From Pyrodictiaceae archaeon (GTDB lineage Archaea; Thermoproteota; Thermoprotei_A; Sulfolobales; Pyrodictiaceae), in NCBI GenBank assembly GCA_027036135.1, contig JALVSY010000007.1, forward strand, positions 740,880-804,879: a stretch of 64,000 bases of DNA, written 5' to 3'. Position numbers and translations under genes: made by a program. Below, piece by piece: positions 58,037 through 64,000 of this stretch. Positions within the stretch are counted from its first letter, which is position 1, and each line of letters opens with the position of its first letter. The notes below the pieces were generated by a model that worked only from the letters and a program-made list of their open reading frames with translations, was not told where the DNA came from and made no database searches.

Positions 58037-59563
58037 TTATTTTCTTTGTTCTCTTAGCGCCTCCCTACGTAGGTCATCTAGTATACTTATTGCTTTCTTT
58101 GCCACGCTCTCTAGGCTTGGCTGTGAGAATACGACTATTCGGTAGAGGCTTAGCTCTGCTAGTGTTTGTAGCCTTCTTAGCTCTGGGCCTCCCCCCTCCT
58201 TTACGTTTTCTAGTGTTGCTATAGTATTAGCTGAGCGGTTATAGACCCCGAGCCTACTGAGACTAATAACATCAACTCTAAGCGGCCTCACCATTAGCAA
58301 CGGGTACTGGTCTTGTAGCTCGAGTAACTCGTCGAGTAGCGGCTTAGCCCATGAAGGCGCATAGCCCTCATATAGGTAGCCCGTGTAGAGTCCCCAGAGC
58401 TTCTTGTCCTCTACTACATGGTATATTCTTGGGTGCTTGCGCTCAATCAGCATCGTGGCTAATTGTCGCGCCTCGCTTGACGCCTTATACCTTGAGTTAT
58501 AGACTCCTCTTATGAGCCAATTCATAGCGGTATCGTCGAGGGTTTTCCAGGTCTCGAGTGCCCAGTCTTTTTCCTCCTCAATGCTCTTAGGTGTTGGTAT
58601 ATCCATTTCGCCACTATTGTTCTCTACCGATATTAATCCGTCACGTGCCAGTATGGAGAACAGTCTCGCGTATATAGAGTTATAAGCCTCCACGACTCTG
58701 TGCAGGTATACTTCGCTGAACATATAGAACCTTGCTAGGAGAAATGCCTCTATTATGCTGACACCTTTGTCTAGGACCATTACTTGGCATGCCTTCTTGC
58801 TGACCTCTGCTACTCTTCCACCGCGCTCTAGGAGGAGGGGAGAGGCGAGCATTACTCGGACTAATCTATCAACATCAAATATCCCGTAGCGTACCCCCGC
58901 GTATATACTATCCCTTATTAGGTAATCCATTCTGTCAACATCTAGTCCCCCGGCTATTAATTGGTGGAGAACATTCGCGGCACACTCGCTTCCATAGTCA
59001 AGGGCAAAGGCCTGCGCACCCGAACCCTGTAGTATTAGGCGTAAGTCGTTCGTTACGGAATGGGTGAAGACGGGCTCTACCCCGGCTTCGCTAGCTATGT
59101 CTCCTACTACGCGGAGGAGCGCATAGGTATATGCCTCGTGACGCAATGGGAGACGCTCAAAGCCCTTGATCTTGTATATGAGTCTAGCCTCTGTTATCCC
59201 GACCTCGCTTGAATGACTATACGGTAGATGACCTATATCGTGAACCAGTGCTGCTAGCTGAAAGACCTCCGCTGAGTTAAGCAGCGTATTAGCGAATTCC
59301 CCGCCGCCTGCGCTGCGGAAATAGAGCCTAGTATTAGCTGCTATGAAGTTTATGACTTCTCCCGCGAGGTGGGCTGAGCCGAGGCTATGGTTAAACCTTG
59401 AGTGCTCCATGCCGTGGTAAACCATGTATGCGAAAGCTGTTTGCCGAATAAAGCGCAGCCGCTGCATAATCCAGGAATCGACGACGCGGGCTAACCGGCC
59501 ACATATATCAACATAACCGTGAACAGGGTCTTTGAAGCTCTTGATGCTGGTGCAGATGCGCAC
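58037..59563 (-). CDS. HD-domain phosphohydrolase (SAMHD1/dGTPase-like)
   Basis: DPVHG, QRLRFIRQ, HSRFNHSLG, HDIGHLPYSH, DVDRMDYLIRD, VYLHR. Confidence 0.9.
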   Translation of the reverse strand: MRICTSIKSFKDPVHGYVDICGRLARVVDSWIMQRLRFIRQTAFAYMVYHGMEHSRFNHSLGSAHLAGEVINFIAANTRLYFRSAGGGEFANTLLNSAEVFQLAALVHDIGHLPYSHSSEVGITEARLIYKIKGFERLPLRHEAYTYALLRVVGDIASEAGVEPVFTHSVTNDLRLILQGSGAQAFALDYGSECAANVLHQLIAGGLDVDRMDYLIRDSIYAGVRYGIFDVDRLVRVMLASPLLLERGGRVAEVSKKACQVMVLDKGVSIIEAFLLARFYMFSEVYLHRVVEAYNSIYARLFSILARDGLISVENNSGEMDIPTPKSIEEEKDWALETWKTLDDTAMNWLIRGVYNSRYKASSEARQLATMLIERKHPRIYHVVEDKKLWGLYTGYLYEGYAPSWAKPLLDELLELQDQYPLLMVRPLRVDVISLSRLGVYNRSANTIATLENVKEGGGPELRRLQTLAELSLYRIVVFSQPSLESVAKKAISILDDLRREALREQRK

Positions 59564-59757
59564 GCTTTGCCATCCCTCCCATTGATGGCATACAGGGGCA
59601 CGGACTCCTAGGTCTCTCTGTTAGCGATTATACTAGCTACGCGTAATAAGCACATCCATGGACACGTATCACTACACTCATAGCCCGGCTCTTGTAGCGC
59701 TAAGCGGCTCAAATAAATAGGCGCTACTCGCTAGGAACTATGCACGGGGCTTGCGAG

Positions 59758-60048
59758 ATGCCTAAGAAGAGGCAGAATAGGGGAAGACACAAGGGCTCCA
59801 AGGGCAGAACAAGACTGGTACAATGTGATAACTGTGGAAGACTAGTGCCGAGAGACAAGGCTATCTGTATAACAAAAATGTACACACCCATAGACCCACA
59901 GCTAGCACGAGAGCTCGAAAAGAAGGGAGCAATAATAATGAGATACCCCGTTGAGAAATGCTACTGCATAAGCTGCGCCGTACACTACGGCCTAGTCAAA
60001 GTAAGACCCGAGGAAGAGAGAAAGACCATAAAAGGGCCCCTAGTCTAA
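59758..60048 (+). CDS. rps26e: 30S ribosomal protein S26e
   Basis: MPKKRQNRGRHKG, CDNCG..VPRDKAI, YCISCAVH. Confidence 0.96.
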   Translation: MPKKRQNRGRHKGSKGRTRLVQCDNCGRLVPRDKAICITKMYTPIDPQLARELEKKGAIIMRYPVEKCYCISCAVHYGLVKVRPEEERKTIKGPLV

Positions 60049-60186
60049 CCTCTATACCAGCCTATTCTTCTCCTTTTTGCCTAAGCCATAGATAAAGACC
60101 CTTCTACTTGCCTAGATTCCTTTTAGCGTTTTTCGTGATACGCATCTCAACATACTTAGCTCGCCTAGGGGAAGGTCTAAGGAGCC

Positions 60187-60789
60187 TTGGATGCAAAGGC
60201 GCTGGTTACAGAGCTCGCCGGGAAGCATGGCTTTATATGGCTTGTTTATAGCAGGGATCCCGGGAACAAGCTTCCTCGTAGCTGGAAGGGGCTAGTCAAC
60301 TACAAGAGACTTGACATTATTCCCCGTATTGCCCTATCCGCTCTCTATCCCGGCGGCGTGCTTCTCCAAGACTCAGCGCTACTTGTATTCCTAGACTCGG
60401 GTGAGAAGGGAGAACAAGGAAAAATCGTGGCGTTGTATGAGGAGTGTATGCCCAGGGAGGCTCTTTACGAGCGCGAGGTGGCTCCTCTATTCCTGCGTAG
60501 TCTTCGCGGCGAGGAATGTATTCTTGTAGACAATGCCTCGCTGGTATACGTTGCGCGGTTGCTAAGGAAGAATGGGTATCGCTTGATAGCTCTAAGTGAG
60601 AAGGGAGACAGGATAAGACCAAGCGTTCTTAGTGGGAGGCTTGTACTTGTTCTTGGTAGCTACTTTGATCCCCCGGCTAGGATTCTGAGCGAGGTAGAGG
60701 AGTCTTACTCTATTGGTCCGTGTAGTTATCTTGCGAGCCACGTGGCTGCCTATATTAATGCTCTTAGGCTTGGTGTTGTTCGTGCTTGA
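60187..60789 (+). CDS. SPOUT methyltransferase, TrmY-like (tRNA pseudouridine54 N1)
   Basis: RLDII.R...AL, LSEKG, VLG, SIGP.SYLASHV. Confidence 0.62.
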   Translation: MDAKALVTELAGKHGFIWLVYSRDPGNKLPRSWKGLVNYKRLDIIPRIALSALYPGGVLLQDSALLVFLDSGEKGEQGKIVALYEECMPREALYEREVAPLFLRSLRGEECILVDNASLVYVARLLRKNGYRLIALSEKGDRIRPSVLSGRLVLVLGSYFDPPARILSEVEESYSIGPCSYLASHVAAYINALRLGVVRA

Positions 60790-61507
60790 CTAGCTTCTCA
60801 TATATCTCTTTGACTATACTTGTTATCTCATTTATCACGGCCTCTAGCCATTCTCTCCCCTTCTCTGCACTTGCCTGGGATGCTTTTCCTAGCACTGCCT
60901 TCGGGTACAGTAGCTCTTCTAGTTTAGGCGAGTAGGTTGATAGCTTGGGGAACCAGGGAGCTTCGTAGTCCCTTGCCTTATCCATGTCCACGTACTCTGG
61001 GACTATGTGAAGCATTGCACTTGTCTCGTCCTCGCCTGCGTGCCCGGGTGAGCTGAATAGTTGTCTGCGCTTCTCCTGGGCCACATCCCTCCACCAATCA
61101 ACGATAGTTATCACGGCACCGGTCTCGCTACTTACTCGCTTAGCGGCTAGCTTTAGCACGTTCGTGTTGCCTCCATGCCCATTAACAATGAGTATGAGCT
61201 TGTACTCGTTACGGACAAGACCCCTTAACACGTCCTCTACGTAGGCTCTGAATCCTTCCTCATCTACACTAATGGTTCCAGGGAAGCGCTCAAGCGACCG
61301 AGAGCAACCATACCAAATAGGAGGGTAGAGATGCGCGTCCAGCCTCTCCGCTACCTTCTCTGCCACATACTCGGCCTCGATAGTATCTGTTCCAAGGGGT
61401 AAGTGGTCCCCATGCCTTTCAAAGCTCCCCACCGGGAGGACTGCTATACTCTTCTCCTCTTTATCGAAGCGATAGCCACTAAGAAGCCAGGCCTTCTTAA
61501 ACCCCAT
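60764..61507 (-). CDS. Creatininase family amidohydrolase
   Basis: PVGSFERHGDHLPLGTD, NGHGGN, HAGEDETS. Confidence 0.9.
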   Translation of the reverse strand: MGFKKAWLLSGYRFDKEEKSIAVLPVGSFERHGDHLPLGTDTIEAEYVAEKVAERLDAHLYPPIWYGCSRSLERFPGTISVDEEGFRAYVEDVLRGLVRNEYKLILIVNGHGGNTNVLKLAAKRVSSETGAVITIVDWWRDVAQEKRRQLFSSPGHAGEDETSAMLHIVPEYVDMDKARDYEAPWFPKLSTYSPKLEELLYPKAVLGKASQASAEKGREWLEAVINEITSIVKEIYEKLVKHEQHQA

Positions 61508-61602
61508 TCCGCGTTGCACCTCTATTCGGGAAGCCCCGTAATGCTACTAGCTAGGATGTACAGAGTATAAGAGAGTGAAGCTATGCTTACTACGTAGTTG
61601 TT

Positions 61603-61676
61603 GGAGCCGTGATGAGGGTTAAAAGCGGCCTAGAGCCCCGCGCGTGGGGGATGGGCGGAGCCAGGCCGCTGAGCTT
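61603..61676 (+). ncRNA. Box C/D guide sRNA
   Basis: Terminal stem GGAGC/GCTTC, box C GTGATGA 61609-61615, box D CTGA 61668-61671, intergenic; guide GGGTTAAAAGC. Confidence 0.65.
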
Positions 61677-61915
61677 CTATTACTTAGTCTTTGCCACCAA
61701 GGAGAGAGACAAGCTAGGAGTCTACACTTCTTGGTATTCCCTCATAATTAGCTTGCTTCGTTATACTCTACAGCTTCTTCGCGAAGCTGGCGGAGGGCCT
61801 GGTAACACTAGTGGTAGTCTCGTCAATTGAGTTAATTGGTCTCGCCTGTCAGGCTAGGGGCTAGTAGCTTGTTAGGGTAGTACCAACCTAGTAGTTTTAC
61901 CCGGGGGAGAGCCCA

Positions 61916-62125
61916 GTGGCGAAGGTCCTCGTAGCAGTAGTCCTAGAAGAGGACGAGGCAAAGGTTCTCGAGGAAATAGCGAGACAGGAGGGCCACAGCG
62001 ATATTGGCCGTGTGCTCGAAAAAGCGCTACGCACGTACCTGGAGCTAGGAGAGTCTAATACTTCTTTGCAAGCCTTATACTTGTCACGGAGGGTCGGCCG
62101 CATACGGGGCAGCGTTTCCCCTTAA
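61916..62125 (+). CDS. Possible ribbon-helix-helix (CopG-like) protein
   Basis: [25 protein letters not shown]...[11 protein letters not shown] pattern; GGGGGAG upstream; 3' end overlaps proS. Confidence 0.45.
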   Translation: MAKVLVAVVLEEDEAKVLEEIARQEGHSDIGRVLEKALRTYLELGESNTSLQALYLSRRVGRIRGSVSP

Positions 62126-63512
62126 CCCAGTCAGGTCTCTCTAGAGGCGAGCCGAGTACGCCAGCATCAACTAGCTCTTCTAGCTTGAGCCCACACTCTT
62201 CTCGCCCACACCAGGGCAGCTCGACAATACCCCTCTCTTCTTCTAGAATCCTCTTAGCCTCCTCGATGCTCTCGACACGCTTCACTCTCGTCCTTAGCCA
62301 GTTCCAGGCACGTTCCCTTAGGTTCTTCCTAACATCCTCCATGAGTTCTCTAAGCTTCTCTGGAAGACCCTCCAGCCCAAGCTCTATTTTCTCGAAGGTA
62401 TCGCGCCTAGCAACCATTACCTTGTTTGAGCGTGCCTCACGCGGCCCTATCTCTATGCGGAGAGGTACGCCGCGAGCTTCCCATTCGTAGAACTTTCTAC
62501 CAGGTCTCACATCGTCGCGGTCATCAACGTGTATCCTTATTCCTGCTTCTCGGAGCGTCTTCGCCACTTTCTCAACATACTCGTTTACTAGCCTTCTATC
62601 CTCTTCACTACCAGCTGGTATAGGCACAATGACTACTTGTATAGGTGCTACATTAGGAGGTATAACGGCTCCACGATCATCGCCGTGAATAGCTATCAGC
62701 GTTGCGACAACTCTATCGCTTAGGCCATAGCTGGTCTGCCAAGCATAATCAAGGGTCTCGTCTCTTAGCTGTATCCTTATCTCGAAAGGCACTGTGAAGT
62801 TCTGTCCGAGGTGGTGAACTGTGCCTATTTGAAGTGTCCGGCCATCCGGCATAACGGTGTCGAACGCGACTGTGTAAAGGGCTCCCGCGAACTTGTCCCA
62901 CTCCGGCCTCCTACTTATCACGTAGGGTATGCCGAGCTCGTCGAATATCTTCTTATAGAGCTCTATGGCCTCCGCTACCTGTCTATCGGCGTCCTCAAAG
63001 CTATCATGAACGGTGTGTGCTTCCTTGAACGTTGTTACCTCGCGCAGTCTTATCAGGGGCCTAGTCGCCTTCGTCTCGTAACGGAATATACTGACTATCT
63101 GGTAGTACTTCTTGGGAAGCTGCTTGTAGCTCTTAATCCAGAAGCTCTCCATATAGGATATACTGGTCTCGCTAGTAGGCCTAAGGGCGAGGCGTATATC
63201 CAGTGGTTCTTTGCCGCCATGCGTTACCCAGTAAACCTCTCCCTCGAATCCTCTTATGTGCTCACTCTCCTTCCGTAGAAGCGTCTCCGGAATCAATAAC
63301 GGGAAGAGAACCTCCTCGTGACCAGCCGAGTCAAGAACACTTCTTATTAGCTCTATTACTCTTCGCCGTATCTGGAACCCATAGGGAAGCCATATACCCA
63401 TACCCTTTACAGGGTAACGACCATAGTCGTAGATGCCAGCCTCCTCTAACACCCAGTCAAACCATCGCGAAAACTCCCCCCGCCACTTTTTACGAGGAAT
63501 CCCCTTTGCCAT
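62055..63512 (-). CDS. proS: Proline--tRNA ligase (archaeal/eukaryotic type)
   Basis: [48 protein letters not shown]-terminal AKKY. Confidence 0.97.
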   Translation of the reverse strand: MAKGIPRKKWRGEFSRWFDWVLEEAGIYDYGRYPVKGMGIWLPYGFQIRRRVIELIRSVLDSAGHEEVLFPLLIPETLLRKESEHIRGFEGEVYWVTHGGKEPLDIRLALRPTSETSISYMESFWIKSYKQLPKKYYQIVSIFRYETKATRPLIRLREVTTFKEAHTVHDSFEDADRQVAEAIELYKKIFDELGIPYVISRRPEWDKFAGALYTVAFDTVMPDGRTLQIGTVHHLGQNFTVPFEIRIQLRDETLDYAWQTSYGLSDRVVATLIAIHGDDRGAVIPPNVAPIQVVIVPIPAGSEEDRRLVNEYVEKVAKTLREAGIRIHVDDRDDVRPGRKFYEWEARGVPLRIEIGPREARSNKVMVARRDTFEKIELGLEGLPEKLRELMEDVRKNLRERAWNWLRTRVKRVESIEEAKRILEEERGIVELPWCGREECGLKLEELVDAGVLGSPLERPDWVKGKRCPVCGRPSVTSIRLAKKY

Positions 63513-63697
63513 TAGCCTACACCACTTTGTACGCCTTTATATACCACTGATAGAGTTCAGTATATAGCAATACATTCCTGTCAACTTTCAAAATCCCGGC
63601 CTTGATAGCATTACTAAGGTTACTTCTTAAAAGGAGGGGTATGTCTATCAGTGTCCATTAAAAAGCAATATCCATATCTTTGTATTTTAAACTATTT

Positions 63698-63997
63698 TTA
63701 CTTTATCGCGAAGAGTATTAGTATAGCTATTAACAGCCCATATATTGCAATACCTTCGCCAAGCACTAGGTATACCAGTAGGCGACCATATAGATCAGGG
63801 TTTTCTGTCGTAGCTGCACTAGCTGCTGCACCAGCCCTACCCACAGCAATACCAGCTCCTATAGCGCTCAAACCCATTGCCAATCCGGCTCCAAGAGCCT
63901 TAGCCGTCGCTGTTCCTTGCGCGTGAGCCACTCCGCTAAGAAGCCCGAGTGCTAAGAGGCTTAACCCTAGCACTAGGAACTTCGCGTTGAGCGCCAT
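63698..63997 (-). CDS. atpK: A/V-type ATP synthase proteolipid subunit K (c)
   Basis: GAGLAMGLSAIGAGIAVG, ENP, LGEGIAIYGL with conserved Glu; signal-like N-terminus. Confidence 0.92.
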   Translation of the reverse strand: MALNAKFLVLGLSLLALGLLSGVAHAQGTATAKALGAGLAMGLSAIGAGIAVGRAGAAASAATTENPDLYGRLLVYLVLGEGIAIYGLLIAILILFAIK

Positions 63998-64000
63998 GCA

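Noticed and set aside
61609-61830. 73-aa ORF starting at GTGATG
   Set aside because: Its start coincides with box C of the sRNA candidate and the protein has no recognisable features
1-64000. CRISPR array, cas genes, tRNA/rRNA genes, integrase or transposase
   Set aside because: No regularly spaced direct repeats, no tRNA T-arm/cloverleaf, no rRNA-like tract and no recombinase motifs were seen by eye

Overview
Chromosomal segment of a hyperthermophilic crenarchaeon (Thermoproteota; most likely Desulfurococcales/Pyrodictiaceae, inferred from rps26e, QueF-like archaeosine synthase, PaREP-type genes and overall protein style). Housekeeping blocks (SF2 helicase, QueF-L, MoxR, LutAB-like, acdA, panBE, ilvA/ridA, pstSCAB-phoU, thiL, tatAC, htpX, rps26e, proS, atpK) flank an AT-richer ~20 kb respiratory island (18.5-38.2 kb). 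The island encodes a membrane-tethered octaheme HAO-family cytochrome on a coiled-coil stalk, a tetraheme cytochrome/NrfC/NrfD quinol-oxidising module with no molybdopterin subunit, two stalked monoheme surface cytochromes, a System I* cytochrome c maturation set (ccmFACEB plus a thioredoxin-cytochrome c-CcdA fusion) and a Cys-rich HTH-10 regulator. A shared TTAAC-N4-GTTAA palindrome marks two island promoters. Other items not visible in the ORF track: a probable box C/D sRNA complementary to the tRNA-Lys(UUU) anticodon arm, a frameshifted PaREP1 gene, an in-frame TAG splitting a PAPS-reductase/PUA/ferredoxin gene, a nested 33-bp inverted repeat at an ATPase start, a 28-aa small ORF with its own promoter and SD, and a 5'-GT-rich to 3'-AC-rich gradient along genes. 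No tRNA, rRNA, CRISPR array, integrase or transposase was seen. All assignments are by eye from motifs; no database search was run.
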